A stretch of 60,407 nucleotides of DNA, counting the filler, from Stramenopiles sp. TOSAG23-3 (taxonomy: Eukaryota), in the NCBI GenBank assembly GCA_900128585.1. It is 14 parts of 14 records of this genome, joined end to end, with 100 filler letters (N's around TTAATTAATTAA, not from the genome) between each part and the next. Parts side by side here need not be neighbours in the genome. Positions count along the whole stretch, not along the records: positions 21,690 to 25,916 come from LT643902.1; positions 26,017 to 30,242 come from LT643903.1; positions 30,343 to 34,563 come from LT643904.1; 11 more parts are not named here. One strand, 5' to 3'. Positions 21,690 to 32,944 of the stretch are shown one piece after another. The position numbers and the translations under genes are program-made. The number at the start of each line of letters is the position of its first letter. Position 1 is the first letter of the stretch. Under the pieces are notes generated by a model. The model made no database searches. It worked only from the letters and a program-made list of their open reading frames with translations, and was not told the origin of the DNA.

Positions 21690-22845
21690 CGCTGTTGTCT
21701 TCTACAGCTGGCTTTTCCTCCTCGCTGTTGTCTTCTACAGCTGGCTTTTCCTCCTCGCTGTTGTCTTCCTTGCGGTGGGCTTCCTCGTCCGCCTTTAATT
21801 CGGCAGCAATGGCCTCCTCTTGGTGGGCCATTTCAATGTCCTCCGCGGCTGGAATATCGCTACTCGGCCTTCGGACTGGAACGGCGGTTTTGCTGTCCTT
21901 TTCGTCCTCTTTCTCTTCGTCTTTTCGGATTTCTTCATCTTCCTTCGTCATTTCTTTCTTCGCAACCTGGGCTTCGTCTTTGGCGACCACAGCAGTTTCA
22001 GCTTCTTTCTCGACTTCCTCCTCTTCGTTTGCATCGGCTACTTTCGCCTCCTCTTTCGGTTTTTGTTTCTTTTCAGAGTCACCGTTCGTTTCCTCTTCGT
22101 CGTCAGCAGGGAACTCTTTGTCCTCTTCCTCTTTGGCAAGACGTTCGACCTCCTCTTCTTCCTTCTCGTCTTCCTTCTCGGCTTCGTTTGCATCGACTAC
22201 TTTCGCCTCCTCTTTGTCGTCAGCAGGGAACTCTTTGTCCTCTTCCTCTTTGGCAACACGTTCGACCTCTTCTTCTTCCTTCTTGCCTTCCTTCTCGGCT
22301 TCGTCTTCGACTTTAGTGCCTTCTTCTTCGACGGGTTCTGCGCCGGTCTCTTTTTCGTTCGTCCCAGTGCTGGATTCGTCGCTGTCAACCTCCTCTACTT
22401 CGTCCTCTGGTGCTCCTTCCTCTTTCGTGGATGGGACAACCTTTTTGCTGTCAACTTCTTCTTCAATCCCGGATTCGCTGTCAACTGCTTCTTCATTCCC
22501 GGATTTGCCTTCTTGTTCTGCGGCGCCGGTAGCGCCAGACGCGTCCTCGGTGTCCACCTGGGTCTCGGGGAGTTTACCCGCATCCATAAGCATCAGCTTT
22601 TTCAAGTTGGCCTTGGCAGTTTCGTTTTTCAAGGCGTTCTTCGCGACACTGCTTTCGATGGAGTTCAAGACGCCGTAGTTGTCAGAAACAACTATCCATG
22701 GCTTGTCTTGTTCCCCAACGGTGCTCTTCAAATGACCAGATACTCCCGTTTGACCACGCAAGTAGTTTTGGGAGCGAATGCTGGAGGCAGTACCACTGGC
22801 GGCCAACAGCCCAACGGCAAATGCTTTTGCGGCAATGGACTTCAT
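21690..22845 (-). CDS. Secreted, highly acidic (Glu-rich) repeat protein (3' truncated)
   Basis: Signal peptide, a ~39-aa duplication (EEEEVERxAKEEEDKEFPADD), and 11-aa tandem EDNSEEEKPAV repeats running into the contig end. Confidence 0.85.
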
Positions 22846-23734
22846 AGTTCAATTGTTCTCTTCTTCCTAATTCGAACAAACAACAAATCAATTCACTTCC
22901 AATACGTGACTTTCTTCAGTGTTAGTAACGGAATTAGATTGAATCGTAAACACATAAACAATCGTTTCCTTTTCTTCTTCAATAGCCTTTAGTCAAAGTA
23001 AGGAAAAGTAAAAATACAGATTTTGTGTTTATTCTATTCTTTCATTCTATGGTATTTTGATGCTATATAAATTTAAAATCCCTTTGTGATCTATGGATAT
23101 CAAGAATTAAAGGATTTATTTGTTTAGGGATTGATATATACTGTGTATATGTAAAAAAGAATACTTTGCTTTCAAGTAAAATGGTTTTTCATTTTAACTA
23201 GTTATTAATAAATGTAAAATAAATACACAGGATTACTTTCTACAAATACAGGTATTATCATACAAAAAAAAGGGAATCATCATAATCCATACAAACATAC
23301 ATCCTTAAGTTATCCTTCATCTTATTTCTATGAGTGAATTCTATTATTCATTAATTTTAATATTAGGGTACCCCCCTTCTTTTTGAGGGTCTTTTTTTAA
23401 AAAAATTCTAAAAAGTCTCCTTCTTTACTACAATATAAATAGCATTAGAGGTAGAACATAGAAATACTAGCCAAAAGGAATGTCAACAATTGATGAAATT
23501 AGGGAAATTGGCTGGAATAAAATATAAGGGAATTAATCACCGACGACATTTGTGACGACAGAATGTAATAGGAGGTGAGCACAACGAAATACGGTTACGT
23601 ACCAACAGTACGCTATTACGATAGGGTTCTCTTTGAATTATTAATTAAGTTTGTTTTTGGGAATTTTGTCGAAAATACGAAAAAACCTGAAACCACGACA
23701 AAAAAATGCAATTTATGTTGTATTGTAACATCAT

Positions 23735-23876
23735 GCTGTCTCACTTGCTCACTTGTTGAATTATTGGCATAAACACAGCTGTCACTTGCTGAATTATATA
23801 AACAGCTGTCACTGTTAAATTTTATTGATGTATAAACAGCTGACAGCTGTTAAATTATTAACAAATAACAACTGTT
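23735..23876. repeat. Degenerate ~30-bp tandem repeat carrying palindromic ACAGCTG(T)
   Basis: About 4 units of ATAAACAGCTGTCACTTGyTrAATTAT. Confidence 0.75.
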
Positions 23877-24069
23877 ACCACAACGCGGTTTCCCAAAACT
23901 ATTTTGGTCCTTTTCAAGCCGAACGAGTTCCTGTAGGAACACCAAGAACTATTTGTTTATGATGAAAGTAAATGTTTCCATTTGTTTGTAAACAGTAAAT
24001 TATATGTAAAAATATAATTTTCAATAAATTTAAACGCTTCCCTTTTTTAAAACTATGCAAGGAAAAAAT

Positions 24070-24381
24070 ATGGTTGGTGATGAGACCGATCGTGCCAAAG
24101 ACATGACACAAACTGACGCCTCGACCGATAACGTTACAGACCGCCCATTTCGCTACCGTATGCGCGACCTGTTACGGAGTTCTGCCTGGGACGGGGGTAG
24201 AGCAGTGATCGACGTCGAAACTATTTACATCGTCAACGGCGATCTGCAAAGCCCCCGTCGCAGCGTGCGCTTGATGATGGAGGCAAGAGGCTTTACAATT
24301 GAAGCCCATCCGACGCACTGGGTTGTTTCACACCCCGCCGTCAACGAATCAAACTGGCAAGATCAATTGTACAATTTTTGA
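24070..24381 (+). CDS. Small hypothetical protein (~103 aa)
   Basis: GC-elevated island within AT-rich DNA that coincides with the ORF. No family recognised. Confidence 0.55.
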   Translation: MVGDETDRAKDMTQTDASTDNVTDRPFRYRMRDLLRSSAWDGGRAVIDVETIYIVNGDLQSPRRSVRLMMEARGFTIEAHPTHWVVSHPAVNESNWQDQLYNF

Positions 24382-24669
24382 ACTACCGAGAGTTACGAAA
24401 AAGCTATATTTTGTTAGACAGGACAGTCTATTTAAAAAAAAACCAAAATAATTATATAAAAAAAACAAGTAGTGTATAATAGTGTATGCTTTATTAAATA
24501 GATTTTATTAAAAAGTTAATTGATACACACGTTAAGAATTCTTATGACATTGTTTGTTAAAGTTTCTTAAAAACAATTTAATCTATTGTTCTGGGTTAAT
24601 TGTTTCGTGCCCAGGATATTACGCCCAAATGTTAGTACACAACATCAACATTTTTTCCCGAATCAAAGC

Positions 24670-25914
24670 TCATGTTTGAATCCGGATTGCACTATCCCCT
24701 ATGTCTGCCCAGGCGTCCTGCTGCTGGGGTATCGGCACAGAAACTGAGTCGTTCGTATTGATGGGAGTCTCATCCAGCACGTGGTATTCTGCAGAAACAT
24801 CCGACGCCCGGGGGGTAGCATATTTCAACCTCTTCCAAAGCATGGATGCGGACAGAGTGCAGAAAAAGAGCCACGGAAACGCGCACACAATTTGCGACAC
24901 GGCGAGCACTGAAAAGCCGCTAAGAGCAGAGTCGCAGACGCCCTCCCGGACGACTTCCTTCCAAATCGAATGCAAACCCTCGCATTTCACCAACTCCCTA
25001 ACTTGGTCAAGTTGCCATATTGCCTCCGAAATTTCTCCTTGCAGGTTTGTCACGGCGGGGTCCGGGTCGACATCGCAATATTGTGTCCAAAGGTCCAGCT
25101 TTTGCCTCATCGCCAGCAGTGTCGCATTCGCCGACAAGATGTCTGATGACACGGGGTTGCTCCCCTCGCATTTCAAGTAAAAGGACATTTCTTTGTAGAC
25201 GAGACTGTCTTTCCCGATGGTACTGGCGCCAATGTCAAGGGCCATCGTCTCGGGGTCTACGCAGAAGTCGCCAAGGATCAAGGCTGCCCCAATCTCGAAC
25301 GCTGCTGCGCCGAGCAGAAGAAAAAATGCAAGGGCGACTAGGTACACAAACGTTACTTTCAGCCCACACGACGACGCAAAGCGAATGCTAAGGCACGCGC
25401 ACAGACTCACAAAAAACAGAAAAGCAAGGGGGAGACCGACAGCCACCCGGCGCAGCAACTTTAACCCATCGATCTTTTTGGGAATCTCCAAATCAAGAAT
25501 GAAAGTGATAGTGTCATCTGTCGACTGGGCAATGTTCTTCACCGTTTCTCCGTAGGCCTGGCTTTCTTTCTTCATTCTTTCCATCTCTTTCTCGGCTTCT
25601 GGCCAGATGCAATGTTGGACGCTATCCAGGTTGTCCAGCATGCTCTTCTCCAGGGCGACGGCACGGGTAGCAATCGACTGTGCAGGGATCAGAATGTTTG
25701 TCGCCCTCACCGCGCTCTGCTTGATTTGGGAAAACCCGTTATCGACAAATATGGTTCCGGGCGTGCCAAGCAACCCGCAGAAAACGGCGCTGAAGAGGAA
25801 GAAAAACGTGGTGTTCCTTGTGCATTTGTACGTCTGCTTCCTGCACTTCCTACTAGTTTTGCAGCAGCATGTTGCGCGACACGTGGCCCAAAGGAGCAAC
25901 AGAACAAAAAGGCA
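24670..25914 (-). CDS. Tweety/prominin-like membrane protein (5' truncated)
   Basis: GDFCVDPE after a TM pair, YLKC...NP, and a C-terminal CEGLHSIW...GVCD before the last TM, as in the Tweety family. Confidence 0.75.
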   Translation of the reverse strand, partial: CLFVLLLLWATCRATCCCKTSRKCRKQTYKCTRNTTFFFLFSAVFCGLLGTPGTIFVDNGFSQIKQSAVRATNILIPAQSIATRAVALEKSMLDNLDSVQHCIWPEAEKEMERMKKESQAYGETVKNIAQSTDDTITFILDLEIPKKIDGLKLLRRVAVGLPLAFLFFVSLCACLSIRFASSCGLKVTFVYLVALAFFLLLGAAAFEIGAALILGDFCVDPETMALDIGASTIGKDSLVYKEMSFYLKCEGSNPVSSDILSANATLLAMRQKLDLWTQYCDVDPDPAVTNLQGEISEAIWQLDQVRELVKCEGLHSIWKEVVREGVCDSALSGFSVLAVSQIVCAFPWLFFCTLSASMLWKRLKYATPRASDVSAEYHVLDETPINTNDSVSVPIPQQQDAWADIGDSAIRIQT

Positions 25915-26017
25915 AANNNNNNNNNNNNNNNNNNNNNNNNNNNNNNNNNNNNNNNNNNNNTTAATTAATTAANNNNNNNNNNNNNNNNNNNNNNNNNNNN
26001 NNNNNNNNNNNNNNNNA

Positions 26018-28060
26018 AAACGAAAATTATTAGGGCAATTTAAATTGACATTGACCATACCAACCGCCAAACTTGTCAGTATTAATGCGTTTAAAAAGAA
26101 AACTTCGTTTAAAGCTACGGACAAATTTCCTCCTTTAGAATTCAAGCTGAAGACGGAAGATGGTAGTTGGCCAAAGCACATAACTCGCCTTCAGTGTAAC
26201 CTGAAGATAGAATACGCTGCAGGAAGGGAAGGTGAATTCGCCGTGTTAACAAAATCGGGGCTGTACCAGTCGACCTGGTTTACAGAGGCAAATACAGTCC
26301 AGTTTAATCACGTCAAACCGGAAAATGCTGACGATAATTTATTCTGCTTCAAGAAAGTTGGAAAATACCGTATGACACTAACATTGCCTATCACGGAGGA
26401 TGACAGCACTAAGACGCTCACGGATAACGTTGAGATGAGTGTTTCCACCGGAAAGACCAAATATTTTCAGTTTCAATCCGAGACTGAGTTAAAACCTATT
26501 GTCCAAACCAGCAATACAGGGGCAAGTGAGTCGATATTTACATGTAATGGCAAAGCTCACATGTATATGTTCGATCAATTCAATAACAGGGAAAAGGTGC
26601 GCCGTAAACTTTATATGAAAGCTGTCCCATGCGACGCGCCCCCTGATCAGATGGTTGCTGCAGCATTATGCAAATCCAATAAGGGTGTACTTGCATTAAC
26701 AAGCACAGCTCAGGGCTATCAAATATCGGATCTAAAACTGAACTTTTTTTCCCCAAGCAATATTTCAACATTCCACTTTGGGGAATACCAGATTAGCATT
26801 TCGCTAACCAATAATGCAAACAGGGAGTTTATCAATTACGGCCCGCATTCTGGCGATGTTGTGAATGTAGTCGCACACGCCACAGAGGAAATGTTAAACT
26901 TACAAACACGTATCAACGAGAGTGAGAAGTCACGGAACCTTCTAGAAGAGGAAATACGTGACCTACAAGATGAGATCAAACGGGTCGAAGGATTGAACCT
27001 TTATAACGAGCAGAAGGTTTCGGCGTTTATCGAATCACTCGAATCCACAGCTTTTAACGTGGACGATGTTCGGTATGGTCGCCTAGATGCAATCAAAGCG
27101 TTGGTGGACAAGTCCCAAGCCAAACTGAACGAGTTCGACAGCAATAAGATGTACAATATTTTAAAGAGTGATGGAACGGAGTTCGTTCCTTACGCCAGGA
27201 TGTGCCAAAACCATGAAATACTGTCTGGCATCAAAGTGTGGAGCGACGTGGACCGGGTGGCTGTCAGCACCGTGTTGGGGCGTAACCTATTGGCAGACAT
27301 TCATCGGGTGAAAAAGACAGTCCCTGACCCGTCGTCTAGTGTACCAGTGATTTGGGCGTACGATACCAGCAACAGAAACATGGAACAAGCCTTTCGGGAG
27401 ACCGTACCTGCAAATTTTGTTCGTGCATTTGAACGTGTGAAATTTAACCGCACATCTGAAGAGACAATTAAAACCATTATGTTTCACTTGCTAAAAGATG
27501 TACTAATAACCAACAGTTTGGAGGCTGGCACAAAGTATCAAATGGCCCAAGCGAAAAAAGGAAAGATGAACGAGGATGTTTTAGTCGTTGAAATTGCAGA
27601 CAGGGATGGTGATCAGTCAATCAATATCAATGGGAAACGCTTTATTGCGACACTGCTAACGAAGGGTGGTGAGTGTCGGAGACTCTCGCCTCCGCCATTT
27701 ATTGTAAGGAGTCCCGCTCCACGTGAAGTCATGCAATCGGACAGCGCGGATGGCGACGAAATAATGAAGAGCTACCGAGCATGCGACAACGTTGTGCAAA
27801 AGAGCAGAGAAGTGCTCGAAATTGCAAGCGCACGGCACGAATTACCAAATTATGACACCACGAATCAAGATCGTCTGGCAAACCTCGAAGTTGATTTAAA
27901 CGATCTTTCGGAGAGAATCAAAGCAATGAAGGAAGAGTATAAAGGTCTTAAGGAAAATCGGAAGCGACAACGTTCCGATGGTGCGGGTGCAGGCCAGGAA
28001 CATTCGGTCAGTTCTACGGTCCTCCCAAAACGAAAAAAAACTAAGAAAATCACTATTTAA
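26018..28060 (+). CDS. SMCHD1/GMI1-like protein, C-terminal part (beta-rich region, coiled coil, SMC hinge-like domain, coiled coil); 5' truncated
   Basis: LLKDVLITNSLEAGTKY...ATLLTKGGE resembles the SMCHD1 hinge (LLGDTIILDNLDAANHY...PTLLTRDGD) and is flanked by coiled coils. Basic NLS-like tail. Confidence 0.65.
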   Translation, partial: KRKLLGQFKLTLTIPTAKLVSINAFKKKTSFKATDKFPPLEFKLKTEDGSWPKHITRLQCNLKIEYAAGREGEFAVLTKSGLYQSTWFTEANTVQFNHVKPENADDNLFCFKKVGKYRMTLTLPITEDDSTKTLTDNVEMSVSTGKTKYFQFQSETELKPIVQTSNTGASESIFTCNGKAHMYMFDQFNNREKVRRKLYMKAVPCDAPPDQMVAAALCKSNKGVLALTSTAQGYQISDLKLNFFSPSNISTFHFGEYQISISLTNNANREFINYGPHSGDVVNVVAHATEEMLNLQTRINESEKSRNLLEEEIRDLQDEIKRVEGLNLYNEQKVSAFIESLESTAFNVDDVRYGRLDAIKALVDKSQAKLNEFDSNKMYNILKSDGTEFVPYARMCQNHEILSGIKVWSDVDRVAVSTVLGRNLLADIHRVKKTVPDPSSSVPVIWAYDTSNRNMEQAFRETVPANFVRAFERVKFNRTSEETIKTIMFHLLKDVLITNSLEAGTKYQMAQAKKGKMNEDVLVVEIADRDGDQSININGKRFIATLLTKGGECRRLSPPPFIVRSPAPREVMQSDSADGDEIMKSYRACDNVVQKSREVLEIASARHELPNYDTTNQDRLANLEVDLNDLSERIKAMKEEYKGLKENRKRQRSDGAGAGQEHSVSSTVLPKRKKTKKITI

Positions 28061-28351
28061 TAACTCGTAATATTGTGGTGTCAAAAAAAGTACCAACGAC
28101 GAGAAATATTGTCAAAAGTAAAACTAACGACAACACCCTTCTTGTGACTTCATTAAATATTTTGCAGAGCCCGTAATGCTCTTACCCTCTCTTATTTTTG
28201 AAAATGAATTAAGAGTAACTCTCGTCACCAAATATTATATATGCGTTTAAACGCTTTTTGATTTAAGACATTTACTTTACAAGATCAAATACAAACGTTT
28301 AGAGATAAACTGTCATAAATTTTATGACACAGTTTATTTTTTTAAAAAGAA

Positions 28352-30007
28352 TTACTCAATCCCCGTCTGCCTCGCACGGAACTTGACGTACTCTTCATAC
28401 CGTCGGAGCTTTTCACGAATGGAAAGCTCTAGGCCCCCGCCTCCCTCGCTTGCAACGCCAATCGATTCCTTATTCAGCTCCGCAGTGCCAACATGATTCA
28501 ACAACGCTTGTGCACGATTCAAATCCTTCAACCCGAGCTTAAATTGGCACAAAAATTGCATTGCTTGGGCACGTCGGTACAGAATATTGATCATTTCCAT
28601 ACGATACGAGACAATCTCTGGGTCGTGCGTTTCAATCAGATCGATGGCAATGCGGTAGTGGTTCAGAGCACGCCTAACGGACTTCTCGTTCGAGCATTTA
28701 AAGTAGCAAGACGCGAGGTTCAAATTACAGCAAATCATAAACCGAACGTCATCATTTTTGGCGCGATCGTCGCTCTCATGCGTGGATAGCCGTGGCAGTG
28801 CAATGGCATCGGCTGCAATCTCATTCGCTACTTGAAACTTCACACCAGCAGATTCATAAAACTCCTCCAGGAAAAGAACAACACCCTCCTCTTTCACCCT
28901 TTCTGCTCTTCCCCAGGCCTCTGCAGTGGAGACCGGATATGTGGCACTCCGAGCTCTCTCCCACATTAATTGCTCATCCCGTGACCGTGCCGCGCGTTTC
29001 CTTGATTCGTGTTCTGCACGTTCGAGCGCTGCAATGGCTTTCTCACAGTCTTGATCCTCTTCCACAGCTCTGCGAAAATGTAAGATCGCGAGATGTGGAA
29101 TTCCCATCTCAAGGTACGCTACTCCTCGATGGGTCCATCCTTCCACATTGGAATGGTCTTGAAGCAAGACTTCCCGGAGTACTTCCACTGCTTCGTGGAG
29201 TTTCCCCGTCTTAACAAACATTTTTCCTTTGTACACAAGCAGTTGAGATCTCAGCCAGTTCAAAACGCTCCTGGTGCTAGTTATGGCTATTGTGGGAGTT
29301 TCCCCCCAATCTTCGTCTTCATGACTACTTTCACAGGCCTTGTTTTGATCATGGTTATCGCCCCCATCGCAATGGCTGTGCCCGTGACTATGCCCGTGCC
29401 CGTGACTGTGACTATGCCCATGTTCATTTTCATGTCCATGCTGACAGCCACCTTCGTGGGCATTTGGTGCCAATTGGCCTTTCGATTTCGTTTCCTTCTC
29501 GATAAGATCAAGATCACTTTTCCAAAACGAATCTGTCCTTTTCAAACTGTCGTTCAGTTGGTCAATGACCCCCTGCAACTCCTCGTCGTTGGCACTGTCA
29601 AAACAGGCGTTCGGTTGGGATGTACAATGTCCTCGAGTGTCGTTGTGACCATCTTCTATGGCGTTCAGCCCTAAACAATATGCACGTGCACCTTTCACTG
29701 CATCACCAACGACTTTGTAAAATGCAATACTCTCCTCCAAGTCTTCCATGCTACGTGGACTGTCCTGGGGATTCTTTCCGCGACGTCGCTTTGATTTTAA
29801 ACGCATGACTTTCAGTTTCGAACCGAGTTTGGCTGTGATATCTCCGAGGTTTCGTTCAACTTTTTCCGCCCGGCGAACTTTGATTCCTAGTTTCCTGTCC
29901 CGTTTCCTAATACGCTCCGCTTTCTCTGCTTCCATGTCCACCTTTTTCAACTCACCATTAACATCGAATTTCGACCATTGGTCGTAGTACGCCGAAAAGT
30001 CTGCCAT
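28352..30007 (-). CDS. TPR-repeat protein with His-rich insert
   Basis: TPR helices (GWTHRGVAYLEMG...; LNLASCYFK; ILYRRAQA), N-terminal YYDQWSKFD, and an HGHSHSHGHGHSH tract. Confidence 0.85.
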   Translation of the reverse strand: MADFSAYYDQWSKFDVNGELKKVDMEAEKAERIRKRDRKLGIKVRRAEKVERNLGDITAKLGSKLKVMRLKSKRRRGKNPQDSPRSMEDLEESIAFYKVVGDAVKGARAYCLGLNAIEDGHNDTRGHCTSQPNACFDSANDEELQGVIDQLNDSLKRTDSFWKSDLDLIEKETKSKGQLAPNAHEGGCQHGHENEHGHSHSHGHGHSHGHSHCDGGDNHDQNKACESSHEDEDWGETPTIAITSTRSVLNWLRSQLLVYKGKMFVKTGKLHEAVEVLREVLLQDHSNVEGWTHRGVAYLEMGIPHLAILHFRRAVEEDQDCEKAIAALERAEHESRKRAARSRDEQLMWERARSATYPVSTAEAWGRAERVKEEGVVLFLEEFYESAGVKFQVANEIAADAIALPRLSTHESDDRAKNDDVRFMICCNLNLASCYFKCSNEKSVRRALNHYRIAIDLIETHDPEIVSYRMEMINILYRRAQAMQFLCQFKLGLKDLNRAQALLNHVGTAELNKESIGVASEGGGGLELSIREKLRRYEEYVKFRARQTGIE

Positions 30008-31537
30008 GGGAGACAAAAAAACTGTTCGCACAAGTCGATACAAAACGAATACGAATACGAAAGCAATAAATCGAAAATAATTCTTCAAAGTTTGTGATGA
30101 AAACTTTCGTAGTTCTGCTTGATATCGTAATCATACTTTAATTCTTTTCAATTTTATACTATATATAGATTATAGATTTACAAATTCAATTCAATTATTC
30201 ACAACCCGCCGCCGCATCCCAGAAAGAAGAGTTAGTCGTCTTNNNNNNNNNNNNNNNNNNNNNNNNNNNNNNNNNNNNNNNNNNNNTTAATTAATTAANN
30301 NNNNNNNNNNNNNNNNNNNNNNNNNNNNNNNNNNNNNNNNNNGTAATTCCAAAAAGTTGAATCCACACGGTTATCGGGGGTCTAATCCCGTTCGGACTGG
30401 TGCCAACATAGTTTTAATCATAGCAATGTCTGTCTTAAATAAATTCACAAGGCACATTCAGCGGTAAGGGAGAAAGAAGAAACAAAAAGAAACGAACACC
30501 TGTGCATAGTTATACTTACGCCTTTAAGAGCTGATTCGCAGTTCAAACACCACTGCAAAGCAAGAGAAATAAACGACTCGTTGTCGCCGTTCTTCTTTAC
30601 AGTCGTCGCCTTTGTTGTTAATAGGTCAATGACAGTTGTAATACAAAACCCTTTAAACTAAAGACACAAGACCGTTCAATTCTGTGTCCATTTCTTCAGC
30701 TTAAAGTATTGGTAATAGTCTACGATATTCGGATTGTTGTTCTATTCTTTTCTTCTACACCACTTCTGTATTATTATACTACCGCTTCTTTCTTCTTCTT
30801 CTTCTTCTTCTTCTTTCTTACTTCGTGGATTCTTCCTCTTCTTTTTTTTCTTCTTCGCAACGCCATCATATAAACCATAATTAAGGATATTTGTATATAA
30901 TGATAATAATGTAAGATCCTTTGGCTTTCTTTGGAATAGATAAAGCCATTGTAGATATAAGGATTTAGATAATTTATTATAAATGATATTAATTATAACT
31001 AACTAGAATGAAACAAAATGATAAAATATACTTCTTTTATATATGCACAGTATATATATATTTACAACATAAATATATCCTTAATTAATCATGGCTTATT
31101 TTGTCTTCCTCATCAAACAAATCAAAATGATAAAATGATAAAATGATTGCAATTGGATTGGATTGCAATTGGATTGGATTGGATTGGATTGGTTGGTTGG
31201 GGGACTATTATTACTATTATTATATCATTTCTAAATTTAATATATGTATCCCTTAATCATTTATTAATGAATTAAGGATTATCTATATAATAATTTAAAT
31301 TATTATAAGAAGAAGATAGAAGAGAAAAAAGGTAAAGCTTAAAGCTTGTTGAAGTTAAAAAGCAAAAGAAGTTACCAGACAACAAACAGTGGTTTGTATT
31401 AGCAAAATACAAAACACCATTTGTAAGAAGAGGACGAGACAGAAATTGAATTGATAAATAACTAAAAATTTACCTGCAGCGTTTTCTAGGTTCCTTTTTA
31501 CTTCCATTTTGTGTGTTTCGTTTGTTTAGGGCGTATC

Positions 31538-32944
31538 ATGAGTTCGTTGGCAAACGGCAGCAACCCGAAGCGGGCAAAAACGTACCCGCACGCGTCGAAC
31601 AACCCGGAGATTCGTTTTTTTCAGGACCTTTTGCGGCATCGTACGGTATCGTCGGAAGCTCCGCGCACGGGTGCATACCGTGAGTGTGTAGAATTTCTGA
31701 ATGACAAGTGCAAAGAATTGAAGCTTACGACAAAAATTGTAGAATTTGTGGAGAACAAGCCCGTGCTGTTGGCCACGCGGGTGGGGACCGAGCCGGACCT
31801 GCCTGCTATTTTGTTGAACTCCCATTACGACGTCGTCCCGGTGATGCGAGAGCACTGGAACGTAGAGCCGTTCGAAGGGATCATCAAGGAAGATAAAATA
31901 TGGGGGCGCGGAACGCAGGACATGAAGTGCGTTTGTGCGCAGTACTTGATTGCATTAGAGCGGTTGAAGGACGTAGAATTGAAACGTACGATCCACCTTT
32001 CGTTCGTCCCAGACGAGGAGATTGGGGGTGCGGATGGGATGGGGCTGCTCGTGAAGAGCGAGGAGTTCAAGCAGCTGGGGAACATCGGGGTTGCGTTTGA
32101 CGAGGGGTTGGCGAACGAGAAGGACGCGTACACGGTCTTTTACGGGGTAAGTAAACTGGGCAGCGGGGGAAGCATTGGGCAGACGACGGGCGCATGACTA
32201 ACACTTTCTTTTTTAACTCACTCTCTCGCAAAACAGGAGCGCGCGCCGTTGTGGATCTTGGTGAAGGCGGAGGGCCCAACGGGGCACGGGTCCCGCTTTA
32301 TCCCGGACACCGCGGTGTCCAAATTGATCGAAGTAGCGAACAAAGCGCTGGAATTTCGCAAAGTCGAAGAGAAAAAGCTCGGGTACTCTGGGGGCTGCAA
32401 GCATTGCAACGCGAAGAAACTTGGGGACGTCACGACCTTGAACTTGACGATGCTGAAAGCCGGGGTCTCCGGTGACGAGGGCAAAACGTACGCGTTGAAC
32501 GTCATCCCTACCTGCGCGGAGGCGGGGTTCGACATCCGGGTGCCGCCAGAAGTGCCATGCAAGGAAATTTCTGACATGCTGGACAACTGGACGAAATCGG
32601 AAGGGCTGTCGTGGCAGTACGCCCCGTGGGTGGGGACTCCCATCACCGAGCACTACCTGTCCTCGATCGACCCGGTCAAGAGCCAGTGGTGGAAGCTGAT
32701 TTCTGAGACGTTCGAAACAGATTTCGGCACCAAGCTGGAACCGGAAATATTTCCAGCAGGCACGGACAGCCGCTTCCTTCGAGAAAACGGCATACCGTCG
32801 TACGGATTTAGCCCGATGGCAAAGTCGCCGGTGCTGTTGCACGAACACAACGAGTACATTGCCGTGGACGTGTTTAAGAAAGGGATCGACGTGTACGAGA
32901 CACTTCTTCCGAAACTGGGCAACCTTCCCGGTGGCAGTGCGTGA
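31538..32944 (+). CDS. ACY1: Aminoacylase-1 (peptidase M20A); exons 31538-32146 and 32237-32944
   Basis: LLNSHYDVVP, GRGTQDMK, VPDEEIGG, DEG, GHGSRF, GTDSRF, LLHEHNE. Removing the 90-nt intron (GTAAGT..GACTAAC..CAG) restores VFYG|ERAPLW. Confidence 0.95.

Noticed and set aside
21695-22992. Ser-rich and Phe-rich plus-strand ORFs (327 and 390 aa)
   Set aside because: Antisense shadows of the Glu/Lys-rich secreted protein.
30343-30560. Possible minus-strand intron (GTAAGT...ACAG) and gene start at the contig edge
   Set aside because: All three frames after the acceptor close within the contig, so a CDS cannot be supported.
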